NCBI GenBank assembly: GCA_030592845.1
Contig: JAUVII010000005.1
Location: forward strand, 1-54,644
Source: Candidatus Krumholzibacteriia bacterium
Lineage (GTDB): Bacteria; Krumholzibacteriota; Krumholzibacteriia; LZORAL124-64-63
Direction: 5' to 3'
DNA length: 54,644 bases
A program made the position numbers and the translations under genes. How positions within the stretch are numbered: position 1 is the stretch's first letter; each line of letters begins with the position of its first letter. This document shows, piece after piece, positions 16,604-25,400 of this stretch. The notes below the pieces were generated by a model. That model ran no database searches, was not told where the DNA came from, and saw only the letters and a list, made by a program, of their open reading frames with translations.

Positions 16604-18691
16604 ATGCGTAAATACATGGAAACTCTCCCAGCTGCTCTCCTGCTGGCGACCCAATTTTCATTGGCCGCCAGCCTGGAGATTCTCTACGGAAACCGGATGG
16701 AGTTCGAGTTCGGCTCGAGCACCTTCCTGCTCCCCATGGTAGCCATCGCCCTGGCGTTGACGGCTTTGCTCTGCCTGTTGGGGGCCGTCCTTCCGGCGGC
16801 CATCCGCTCCCGCTATATCGCCGTGGTTTTCGCGATCGGTCTTCTGGGCTGGATCCAGTCGAGTTTTCTGCGCGGCGACTACGGCCAGTTCACCGGCGAG
16901 ACCATCGATTGGTCGCGTTATACCTTAAGGGGATGGCTGGATCTGGTTCTGTGGCTGGCCGTCATTGCCGCCGCGCTGAAGTACCACCAGACCCTGCGCC
17001 CCAAAATCAGGTTCATCGCCCCGATGCTCGCCGCCCTCATCCTGGTGGGAATCGGCGGCCGCGCCCTGCTTGCTCCCGCCGAGGCGCCGCCCGCGGTTCA
17101 GGAGATCGATGCCGCTTCGCTTTCCCGGTTTTCCCACCGGCAAAACGTGCTTCATGTTCTCATGGACGCGTTTCAGACCTCTGTTTTTCTGGAGCTGGTG
17201 GTAGATGAGGAACTTGAAGACGATTTTGACGGCTTTACGGTCTTTCAGGACAACATCGCCGTTGCTGCCTATACCCACCTGAGTATCCCGGCGATATTCT
17301 CCGGGGAAACCTATGATGGGACCGAAACTCCCGCCCAATTCCACCGCCGCGCCCTGCGCGAGGGCGGTTTTCATCACCGCCTGTTTGAAGAGGGTTTCGC
17401 GGTTCATCTCATTCCCAAAATCCCCATGTATGGCACCGGCTACACCATGTACGCGAAAACCCCGGATCATTATGGTTTTTCGCGAACCGCCAGGATTCAG
17501 AAACAGGTTTTATTGCTTTATGATCTCGGTCTGTTCCGATCAAGTCCCCACTTTATGCGCCGCGTGATCCATAATGACGGTAACTGGCGCCTGACAGGAG
17601 CGGTGGGGGAACCCGTACAGGGTCTGAACATTCATCAGCGGGCATTCTTTTCTGAATACATCGCCCAAATGCAGGTCGTCCTGGATGAACCGGTGTACAA
17701 CTTCATCCATCTGATGCCCCCGCATGATCCCTTTGTAACCCTGCCCGATGGCAGCCCCGCCGGACGGGTACTCCCCAGGAACCGGGAGAACTACAAGATT
17801 GAAGCGCGCTATATCCTGCAACTGTTCGTCACCCTGCTCGAGCGTATGCGTGAATTGGGTATCTATGATAACACCCTCATCGTTCTTCATGCCGATCATG
17901 GGTATGGGCCTTTGGCCGAGATGCCGGGCGACACGCGCAAGCCGACAGTGCCGCGGGCTCACGCGCTTCTGGCCATCAAAAGATTTGGCGCACACGGCCC
18001 ACTCCGGATTTCCAACGCTCCGACAACGGTCGCCGATATCCCGGCCACGATTTTCGGTGAGCTGGGTCTCGAACATGAATATGCGGGGCAGTCGGTATTC
18101 GAGCTTTCCGAAAGACAGCCGCGCACCCGTATCTTCAACTCCTATTCGCTGGGCCCCGAACACAGTGGTGTCATTGAACGTTTCGAACTGGATGGCAGGA
18201 TTTACGACCCCAGGGCTTGGCACGCCCTCGGGAATCGTTCCGTTGACCTTGGCCGGCCCACCTACGCATGGGGGGAGTTGATCGAGTTCGGAGTGGGCAA
18301 TGACAGCGACCGCTACCTTGGTCACACCTGGAGCCCGGGGGGTGCCGCCGGTTGCAGGATCAATATGAGGAACAGGGCCACCATTTCCCTGAAGGCTTCA
18401 CCCAGCCGGGAAGAAGTGCGCGCCGTGTTTGAATTCCGGCCCCGTCTTCGCGATGGTGAGGAACGCCATTTCGGCATCCGTTTTTACAGCAACGGTGACT
18501 TTATCGGCGAGCAGGGTTTTGATCGGCCGGGGCCTCAGAGTTTCGAGTTCATCATTCCGGCAGGCAACGCTCCCAAAGGCAAAATGGGTCTGGAATTCGA
18601 ATTCCTGGATTATGATGGTGGTTTTCGGGGCGCTTTCGGGGCTCTCTGTTTGATTTCCATGCGGCTGGAACCGGTGCAAGGCAAGGACTGA
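16604..18691 (+). CDS. Membrane-anchored sulfatase-like hydrolase/phosphotransferase (LTA-synthase-like)
   Basis: About 5 N-terminal TMs; 'NVLHVLMDAF', 'YTHLSIPAIFSG', 'FIHLMPPHDPF', 'IVLHADHG'. Confidence 0.8.
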   Translation: MRKYMETLPAALLLATQFSLAASLEILYGNRMEFEFGSSTFLLPMVAIALALTALLCLLGAVLPAAIRSRYIAVVFAIGLLGWIQSSFLRGDYGQFTGETIDWSRYTLRGWLDLVLWLAVIAAALKYHQTLRPKIRFIAPMLAALILVGIGGRALLAPAEAPPAVQEIDAASLSRFSHRQNVLHVLMDAFQTSVFLELVVDEELEDDFDGFTVFQDNIAVAAYTHLSIPAIFSGETYDGTETPAQFHRRALREGGFHHRLFEEGFAVHLIPKIPMYGTGYTMYAKTPDHYGFSRTARIQKQVLLLYDLGLFRSSPHFMRRVIHNDGNWRLTGAVGEPVQGLNIHQRAFFSEYIAQMQVVLDEPVYNFIHLMPPHDPFVTLPDGSPAGRVLPRNRENYKIEARYILQLFVTLLERMRELGIYDNTLIVLHADHGYGPLAEMPGDTRKPTVPRAHALLAIKRFGAHGPLRISNAPTTVADIPATIFGELGLEHEYAGQSVFELSERQPRTRIFNSYSLGPEHSGVIERFELDGRIYDPRAWHALGNRSVDLGRPTYAWGELIEFGVGNDSDRYLGHTWSPGGAAGCRINMRNRATISLKASPSREEVRAVFEFRPRLRDGEERHFGIRFYSNGDFIGEQGFDRPGPQSFEFIIPAGNAPKGKMGLEFEFLDYDGGFRGAFGALCLISMRLEPVQGKD

Positions 18692-18707
18692 TCATCGGCC
18701 CCCGCCT

Positions 18708-19310
18708 TCAAAACCCCAGCCACAGCTGATAAACCCCAAAACACGCCAGAGCCAGGACCGAGAGGCCGAGGGTGGCCTTGTTGACCCGTGACCCGAGTTT
18801 TCGCGCGAAGGCGAAGAGCGTGATGAGCCCGGCCAGGCAAAAAACCATGGTGATGTAAAACCCCGCGATCAGCGCGATGCCGTGGGCGGGTGCCTCGCGG
18901 TAGCCCTCCAGAAGCAGGGGACCCATCACCAGGCTCCAGCCGAGCCAGGGATTCGGGTTCAGAAAGTTCACGGCCGCCGCCTTGAACAGGGTCTGGTGTC
19001 CCGCCGCCGCTTCGGGTATCCGATCCGGATCGAAGGAACGCCAGGTCCGGTAGGCGCCGTACGACAGATAGAAAAGAAACAGCGCCCCGCCGAAGTGGAG
19101 GATCCGGACCATCCCTTCGGGAATCCTGCTGAGAACCATAAGGGCGATCATGATGATGGGCGCGTCGCTGATCAGGGGCGCGAAAGAAGCGGGCAGCGTG
19201 CGCCGCCATCCCCGACTCATGGTTTCGGTCACCAGATAGGTCTGGAAGGGACCGGGCTGCACGGCCGCGGCGAAGGCAAAAGTTGCTCCCAATATGAGAT
19301 ATTTCCACAT
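18708..19310 (-). CDS. LysE family translocator
   Basis: 'QPGP', 'GGALFLFYL', 'VNFLNPNP'. Confidence 0.88.
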   Translation of the reverse strand: MWKYLILGATFAFAAAVQPGPFQTYLVTETMSRGWRRTLPASFAPLISDAPIIMIALMVLSRIPEGMVRILHFGGALFLFYLSYGAYRTWRSFDPDRIPEAAAGHQTLFKAAAVNFLNPNPWLGWSLVMGPLLLEGYREAPAHGIALIAGFYITMVFCLAGLITLFAFARKLGSRVNKATLGLSVLALACFGVYQLWLGF

Positions 19311-19442
19311 GGTGACATATTACCAAGAGAGGCCCAAAACAAGATATCAATCGTTCATTTCTGTGCTATTCTGATTCTGATAACCGAACTCAAAAGGGAC
19401 CGTGCGCGTATCCGCCATGGTAATCCCATTGCATAGGAGAAA

Positions 19443-21158
19443 TTGATGAAGCATTCCATGAAATGGCTGTTCCTGTTGATGATAACGGCATCAGTGGGGA
19501 TGCTGTTGCCCGCCTGCGGCAGCGACGACGACCCGACGGATCCCGGTGGCGGCAATGGAGATTCAACGGCTCCCAAAGTGACGGCGATCAGTCCCGGCGA
19601 CGGCCAGATGGAGGTGCCCACCAGCGGCATGGTGACCATCACCTTCAATGAGGCCATGAATCCCGACACCGCACAGGGCCAGATCACCCTGTCCGATGGA
19701 GCGATCCTCATGTTGACCTGGCAGGACGCCATGAACCTGGTGGCGGAATACCAGGCCTGGCCCCAGGCCACCAACGTCACCGTTACGGTGGGCACGGGCC
19801 TGACCGACGTGGCGGGCAACAAACTCGAGGCACAAGTCAGCGTTTCCTACTGGACCTTTGCCGAAACCCTGACGGTGATGGAATTCGCGCCGGGGGACGG
19901 CGCCGAGGGTGTCAACCGGGCGGCTTCCATCAATCTCCTGTTCTCCGAACCGATGGATGTTGCCAGCCTGGAAACCGGAATCACCATCAGTGACAACACC
20001 AAAGCCCTTCATCCCTTCACGGTCGAAGTGGTGGACGGTTACCGCTACATCCTCGATCCCATCGATCCGCTGGCGTCCATGGAATTGACCACGGTGACCT
20101 TGAGCACGGATGTCAGGACGCAGGGCGGGGACAATCTGGCCGGGCCCGTGTCTTTCAGTTTCACCACCAGCGATGTCATCGATGAAACCCCACCGACCAT
20201 CGAGAGTATGGACCCGCCGAGCGGATCGACCATGCCCACGGACCAGGACGTAGTCACCATCGTGTTCAGCGAACCGATGGATACCGAGAATTTTTCGCCG
20301 ACCATGATGAACGGGCAGTTCGCGTGGCTGATCAGCCAGGCCCTCGGAGATATCCAGTGGAACCCCGAAGGAACCGTGCTGACGGTGCCCCTGCCGGCGG
20401 ATCTGCCGCCTGGTTTGCCCATGAAGGTCGTGTTTGCCGGGTACGCCGATGCCAACGGTGTTGTCCAGCCCGAGGAAACGGTCTGGACCAGCACCGTGGC
20501 CGGCACTGCGGAGCCCTTTCCCGTATCCGACGGTTACCGCTACATGACCACGCAAACCTGGGCCGAAGGAGAAATCGGAAACTCCACTCCGACCGCTTCG
20601 GGTGAGGAATCGGTCTATTTCGAGTTCGCCGCGCGCGGGGGAGCCAATCAGTGGGACAGAAGGGAATACTTTGATCCCGAATACACCTTCCTCGGCTACT
20701 ACGATATCCTGGGCGTTACCGCGGCGAAGGTGGATCTGGCGGGCTTCGCGGAGAGTGAAGAAGGCGACAAGGTTCTTACGGAGACTTTCCTTTCCAATGC
20801 CCTGACCCTGGTCGAATTTCCGTTTGTCGCGGGAAACACCTGGTCCGGCAGCGCCACGGTCCCATTGTTCGAAGGCAATATCGACGTGACGATGTCCGGC
20901 CGGGTTGTCGGACAGGAAGACCTGCCATACGGCTCTTCCGGCGGCGGTTTCGAAATCGTGTGGACCGGATTGTGGAAGGTGGAAACGGAAGTCACCCTTA
21001 AAACCAGCGGTATTCTCCTCGGCACCGACAGCTCGGTATTCTGGTATGCGCCGGGTATCGGCCTGGTGCGGGAAACGTACCACGAGGAACAGGTCGAACC
21101 GCCGGGTGAAGAAGGTTGGTACGAGTACGACCGCTGGTTGTACATCAATCTGAATTAG
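19443..21158 (+). CDS. Lipoprotein with three bacterial Ig-like (Big_5) domains
   Basis: Lipobox LPAC; repeated 'D.T.P.V....P...FSEPMD' units; C-terminal 'WYAPGIGLVR'. Confidence 0.85.
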   Translation: MMKHSMKWLFLLMITASVGMLLPACGSDDDPTDPGGGNGDSTAPKVTAISPGDGQMEVPTSGMVTITFNEAMNPDTAQGQITLSDGAILMLTWQDAMNLVAEYQAWPQATNVTVTVGTGLTDVAGNKLEAQVSVSYWTFAETLTVMEFAPGDGAEGVNRAASINLLFSEPMDVASLETGITISDNTKALHPFTVEVVDGYRYILDPIDPLASMELTTVTLSTDVRTQGGDNLAGPVSFSFTTSDVIDETPPTIESMDPPSGSTMPTDQDVVTIVFSEPMDTENFSPTMMNGQFAWLISQALGDIQWNPEGTVLTVPLPADLPPGLPMKVVFAGYADANGVVQPEETVWTSTVAGTAEPFPVSDGYRYMTTQTWAEGEIGNSTPTASGEESVYFEFAARGGANQWDRREYFDPEYTFLGYYDILGVTAAKVDLAGFAESEEGDKVLTETFLSNALTLVEFPFVAGNTWSGSATVPLFEGNIDVTMSGRVVGQEDLPYGSSGGGFEIVWTGLWKVETEVTLKTSGILLGTDSSVFWYAPGIGLVRETYHEEQVEPPGEEGWYEYDRWLYINLN

Positions 21159-21167
21159 TCGATCCGG

Positions 21168-21199
21168 GGGCCGCGCTTTACAGGATGAGGCGCGGCCCT
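21168..21199 (+). terminator. GC-rich hairpin after the Ig-domain gene
   Basis: gggccgcgc...gcgcggccc. Confidence 0.5.
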
Positions 21200-21418
21200 T
21201 CCTCATAAACTGGCGTAACTCACATTAATGTACTATCGTTTGGCGCCTACCATCGGGATTCAGCCCGAAAGCGGTGAACAACAGGACCTCATTGTTATAC
21301 TCCGGGGTCACACCGCCTTTAGAAACTTCTCTTTCCCTACACTGTTGTTTGGGTCAGAACGTACGGCCGTACCGTGCAGGCGTCTGTCTGTGCGCATACG
21401 GTGAGGACTATTTTATTT

Positions 21419-22723
21419 ATGTCTGATTTCAATTCCAAAGCCCCGACCGGATTCGACCGGTTCGGGCTCAACAAAACCCTGATTCGCGGCGTCGCGGCCA
21501 TCGGTTTCGATTCTCCGCGTCCCATTCAGATCGAAACCATTCCCGCGGGTCTCGCCGGCCACGACGTGCTGGGCCTGGCCCAGACCGGGACCGGCAAGAC
21601 GGCTGCTTTTGCGCTGCCGCTTTTGGACCGGCTTCTGAGAGACGGCAAGCAGGGCCCTCGCGCCCTGATCCTTGCTCCGACCCGGGAACTGGCCAACCAG
21701 ATCGCCAGCGAAATCCGCGCCCTCGCCAAGTTCACCCGTCTGGAGATGGTCACCATTTACGGCGGCGTCTCGGCTTACAACCAGGTGCGGACGCTGCGCC
21801 AGAAAAGGCCAGAAATCATCGTGGGTTGCCCGGGCCGTGTGCTCGACCTGCTCGAGCAGGGCGTGCTCCGTCTCGACCAGATCGAAACGCTGGTGCTCGA
21901 TGAAGCCGACCACATGTTTGACATGGGCTTCTTGCCGGACATCCGCAAGATTCTGGCTCCGCTGCCAGCGAACCGGCAGAACCTTCTGTTTTCGGCCACC
22001 ATGCCGCGGGAAGTCCGCCGGCTGGCCGACGACCTTTTGCGAAATCCCCACGTGGTCGAGCTGGCCAACGCCGCGCCGGCCGCGACCATCGATCACGCGC
22101 TGATCATGGTTGCCGAGCAGCGCAAACGCGACCTGCTGGAACACTTTCTCAAGCTGGAGAGCTGCGATTCGGCCATCGTGTTCACGCGCACGAAACATCG
22201 TGCCCGGCGTTTGGCCGATCAGCTTTGCAAGGCGGGACATCGCGCCGTGGGGATTCAGGGAAACCTGTCCCAGGGTGCGCGTGACCGGGCCATGCGCGGC
22301 TTCCGTTCGCGCCAGTACGACATTCTGGTGGCGACGGACATCGTTGCCCGGGGCATCGACGTGAGCGGGGTTTCCCACGTGATCAACTTCGACGTGCCGA
22401 ACACGCCGGAGGCCTACACCCACCGTATCGGGCGCACAGGTCGCGCGGAGTTGGAGGGTACTGCCTGCACATTTGTCACCGGCAGTGACTACGGTTGGCT
22501 GCGGGCCACCGAGCGCATGATCGGCACGCCGATTGATCGCCAGCAGGTTGAAGGATTTTCAGCCGAGGCTGAGATGAGGTCCGAACCACGCCGCCGTCCC
22601 CAGCGGGGACCCCGTCATGGGGGGCAGGGAGGCCGACAAGGTGGCGGACAGGGAGGCGGAAAGCCGTCGGGCAACTGGAACCGGTCCGGGGGAGGGCGGC
22701 CCAGGCGGAGGCGCTCGGGTTAG
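21419..22723 (+). CDS. rhlE: ATP-dependent DEAD-box RNA helicase
   Basis: AQTGTGKT, PTRELA, DEAD, SAT, ARGID, HRIGRTGRA; RG-rich tail; start ATG 21419 after gagg. Confidence 0.9.
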   Translation: MSDFNSKAPTGFDRFGLNKTLIRGVAAIGFDSPRPIQIETIPAGLAGHDVLGLAQTGTGKTAAFALPLLDRLLRDGKQGPRALILAPTRELANQIASEIRALAKFTRLEMVTIYGGVSAYNQVRTLRQKRPEIIVGCPGRVLDLLEQGVLRLDQIETLVLDEADHMFDMGFLPDIRKILAPLPANRQNLLFSATMPREVRRLADDLLRNPHVVELANAAPAATIDHALIMVAEQRKRDLLEHFLKLESCDSAIVFTRTKHRARRLADQLCKAGHRAVGIQGNLSQGARDRAMRGFRSRQYDILVATDIVARGIDVSGVSHVINFDVPNTPEAYTHRIGRTGRAELEGTACTFVTGSDYGWLRATERMIGTPIDRQQVEGFSAEAEMRSEPRRRPQRGPRHGGQGGRQGGGQGGGKPSGNWNRSGGGRPRRRRSG

Positions 22724-22748
22724 CGCCTTGGTATCTTCTTCATCAAAT

Positions 22749-23057
22749 TTACTGTTTGGGGTCGCGAACCCTGAAAAGGAGAAGGTTCCGAACAAGGCCG
22801 CCGATAAATAAAACCACCGGGAAAACCGTCAGCGAATATAGCCCGGATATGACGGGCCACCAGGCTCGGTCGGGACCCGCAGACATGTCCTGGTAAACTT
22901 TGAGCGTCAACAGACCACACAGCAGAAGGCCAAATATCAGAACTGACAAGTTGAAATAAATAATTCGCCGTTGTTTGTCCCGCTTTGGTGAGAAGCGGAA
23001 AAAGGCCCATAGCATCAGCACTGATATCGGTACCAGAACCAGTAGTGCGAGAATCAT
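22749..23057 (-). CDS. Small 3-TM membrane protein (cassette-like)
   Basis: MILALLVLVPI... with three hydrophobic segments; starts just after an attC-like site. Confidence 0.75.
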   Translation of the reverse strand: MILALLVLVPISVLMLWAFFRFSPKRDKQRRIIYFNLSVLIFGLLLCGLLTLKVYQDMSAGPDRAWWPVISGLYSLTVFPVVLFIGGLVRNLLLFRVRDPKQ

Positions 23058-23071
23058 CCCTTTCCAGCTCC

Positions 23072-23169
23072 CTCTGTCGTTGGGTTCATCTGCAAGGGCG
23101 GTTGGCGCGGACTTGGCGCAAGCCAGGTGCGTGCCAAGCGGCTTTGTCTGATTCAAGCTCCTGTTCGCG
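23072..23169 (-). repeat. Degenerate attC-like site 1 (98 bp)
   Basis: Starts CGCGAAC 3 nt after the trmO stop; internal dyad; 53/63 identical to the site at 23661; R' core mutated (GACAGAG). Confidence 0.7.
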
Positions 23170-23172
23170 AGC

Positions 23173-23646
23173 TTAAATGAAACGACCATCAGATCGTCTA
23201 TCTGGCGCCTTCTTTTTCGCTTGATCAAGCCAGCCAGTGCGGATTTCTTCTTGAGGATCGAATTCCGGCACATACGGCTTGATGTCGAGTAGTGGTGTGC
23301 CATCCAGTATGTCTACGCCATCGATGTGAAGAACCCTGCCCTCGATCCTCTCGAGTCGTACGACCGAAAGGCCGATAGGATTGGGCCGCTTGGGTGCACG
23401 GGTGGCAAAGACACCTCGCATCGTATTATCCATGAACGGAACCACTCTCAACTTGAATCCGAGACTGCGGTGGAACAGATACAACAGGATTATGTGCGAG
23501 AAACCAACAAGGTCCTGCAATCCGTCCGCGTAGTCTGCGAGTACTTCGACCGATCCCTTGATGCCCGAAGCACCCGTTGGTTGGATCGGCATACCTTCCA
23601 TGTTGGTGAAAGGGCTGTGAATCGTACCGATCGGTGTGAACTTCAT
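23173..23646 (-). CDS. trmO: tRNA (N6-threonylcarbamoyladenosine37-N6)-methyltransferase
   Basis: 'PIGTIHSPF...PIQP', 'GVFATRAPKRPNPIGLS', 'DILDGTPLLDIKPY'. Confidence 0.93.
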   Translation of the reverse strand: MKFTPIGTIHSPFTNMEGMPIQPTGASGIKGSVEVLADYADGLQDLVGFSHIILLYLFHRSLGFKLRVVPFMDNTMRGVFATRAPKRPNPIGLSVVRLERIEGRVLHIDGVDILDGTPLLDIKPYVPEFDPQEEIRTGWLDQAKKKAPDRRSDGRFI

Positions 23647-23660
23647 ACTGTCCCCAGTCT

Positions 23661-23758
23661 CGTGAACGTTGGCTTCATCTGCAAAGTCGGTTGGCGCGGA
23701 CCTGGTGTCAGCCAGGTGTGTGACAGGCGCAATTATCAGGTTCAACTATTTGATAGAT
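23661..23758 (-). repeat. Degenerate attC-like site 2 (98 bp)
   Basis: Minus strand ATCTATC-aaatagTTGAACCTGA...TGCAGATGAAgccaac-GTTCACG, with a central cctgg/ccagg dyad. Confidence 0.72.
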
Positions 23759-23778
23759 TTCACCTCACACAGTGAATA

Positions 23779-24969
23779 CTACATTAAATGCCGAAAATAA
23801 TGCTTCATGTTGGCATCGTATTTCATGGCAAATTTATACATCCACTGCCAACGCATCAATCTTCTGCCCAGCAATGAAGGATGATTGGTCATTGCTTCTT
23901 CGAAATTCTCCCCATTAAAAATGTCTGCATACAACGTGCAACCCTCAAATTCTCGAATTGGCTTCAAGAATATGTACCCATCACAAATTGTCGCAAGAGT
24001 GAAATCAGGATAGCCCAAGCAATACCCAGACTCTCCACCCGGCAAATCACCAAAAGGCGTCTCGTGCGTATCGAAGCCCACAGGTGTATTCCCTAGCGAT
24101 TCCATAACTCGATCAATGGCGCCACCAACCGGATATGTGAATTTTGTTGATGCTAAGCTTTCCCAAGGCGAGTGCAACAGAAGAGTAAATGATTGTTCGC
24201 CGACTTTATCATGCAACAGATTTCCCAGGCGCTGCGGATTCTTTCCGAGCAGCTTCTTGTTTTTGCTGTCATATACAGGTTGGTGAAATTTAGTAAATGA
24301 GTGATTTCGCCCGCAATAAATCAGGGCTTTTTCATTGGGCGTCACGAATTCCTTTATGGCCACCGCCGCCATGAAGGGATCCGGCTCACCCCGGTACCAT
24401 ACAGACTGCCACAACTCAGGAGACATGTTGTCCTGGAGAACTGTCAAATTTGGGCGATATCCGAGACCAACAATTCGAAACTTTGGATCATCTGGATCCA
24501 AGGAGGAATTCAATTCCCAGGCAGCTCGATAAAGGTCCATATATTCAACGTAGCACCAGTACATTTTATAGCGGAACACCAGGCTACGAACCGCCTCTTC
24601 ATCATATTCTTGTGCTGTCACAATTGAATCAGCCTCTGACTGCAATTCGTAAGATCCAAACTCAATCCCAAGATTGTGGATTCCTGCTTTATACAGTCGT
24701 GGAATTAAGCCCTGCACAAAAATTACATCGTGTTTAACGCGGTGATATTCTCCCAGAATTACTATGTTGTGGTCTTCAAATTTTTCCAGGAGATAGTCCT
24801 CCGGCGACTCTCCTTCGGAAGCAATATAATGACTGAGAGCCGACTGGAGATTTTCGGACAATGAAGGAATAGGCTCCTTCATAACCCAGCTGTAGACTAG
24901 AGGTGCCATTGAAAAGAACAGAACCAGCACTCCCCAGGCCCACTTTTTTGTGCGTTTATCCCAAACCAC
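23779..24969 (-). CDS. EreA/ChaN-like (erythromycin esterase superfamily) membrane-anchored protein; lower GC
   Basis: 'IVILGEYH', 'LGIEF', 'IYCGRNH', 'CDGYIFL'; N-terminal TM. Confidence 0.65.
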   Translation of the reverse strand: MVWDKRTKKWAWGVLVLFFSMAPLVYSWVMKEPIPSLSENLQSALSHYIASEGESPEDYLLEKFEDHNIVILGEYHRVKHDVIFVQGLIPRLYKAGIHNLGIEFGSYELQSEADSIVTAQEYDEEAVRSLVFRYKMYWCYVEYMDLYRAAWELNSSLDPDDPKFRIVGLGYRPNLTVLQDNMSPELWQSVWYRGEPDPFMAAVAIKEFVTPNEKALIYCGRNHSFTKFHQPVYDSKNKKLLGKNPQRLGNLLHDKVGEQSFTLLLHSPWESLASTKFTYPVGGAIDRVMESLGNTPVGFDTHETPFGDLPGGESGYCLGYPDFTLATICDGYIFLKPIREFEGCTLYADIFNGENFEEAMTNHPSLLGRRLMRWQWMYKFAMKYDANMKHYFRHLM

Positions 24970-25002
24970 TAATCCCCTGCCCTTTTTCGAAGCGCCACGT
25001 AA

Positions 25003-25075
25003 AGCTAACGTGAATTACCCATACCCACCTATCGGATTATACGGCAAAAGTATGGGCATAAACAAAACGTCTTTG
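25003..25075 (-). repeat. attC-like site 3 (~73 bp)
   Basis: Ends cacGTTAGCT on minus; arms cccatac/gtatggg; R'' degenerate. Confidence 0.55.
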
Positions 25076-25144
25076 ATATCCATTCTTTTACAGGGATATC
25101 CAACCCGAAAAACCCGGACAAATTCTTCCTCGTCATCAGGACAT

Positions 25145-25235
25145 TTCTAACGTGAAGATTGGGTTGTGCGATGGTTCCAGGTGCGCTGGGATAAAAAATA
25201 TCATTGCGAAAATCGCCCCCAGGGGCACGTTTGAA
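25145..25235 (-). repeat. attC-like site 4 (~91 bp)
   Basis: Minus strand TTCAAACgtg...cacGTTAGAA; outer arms 10/11 complementary. Confidence 0.6.
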
Positions 25236-25400
25236 AAGACAATCTATTGATAATAAGTAAGTTAAAAATTGGAGCTTCAAACTGGAGCCTCTGTTATGTC
25301 GTTGATCCCTACGGTAGAATTGCCGGTGCGGCATGGAATCTGCTATCCCGAAACGAGCCCAAACAGCAGATTGAGCCAATTCCAAGGGATAAAACGAACC

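Noticed and set aside
19563-21206. 547-aa minus-strand ORF (similarly 31074-32639, 46875-48119, 32873-34003)
   Set aside because: Antisense shadows of well-supported genes.
22749-23745. ORF-track N-terminal extensions (starts 23303 and 23745) sharing 'SAPT..ADE'
   Set aside because: These are translations through the attC-like repeats, not a protein repeat; real starts are 23057 and 23646.
23072-23758. CRISPR array interpretation of the two ~98-bp repeats
   Set aside because: The repeats are too long, only two, and separated by a whole gene; attC architecture fits better.
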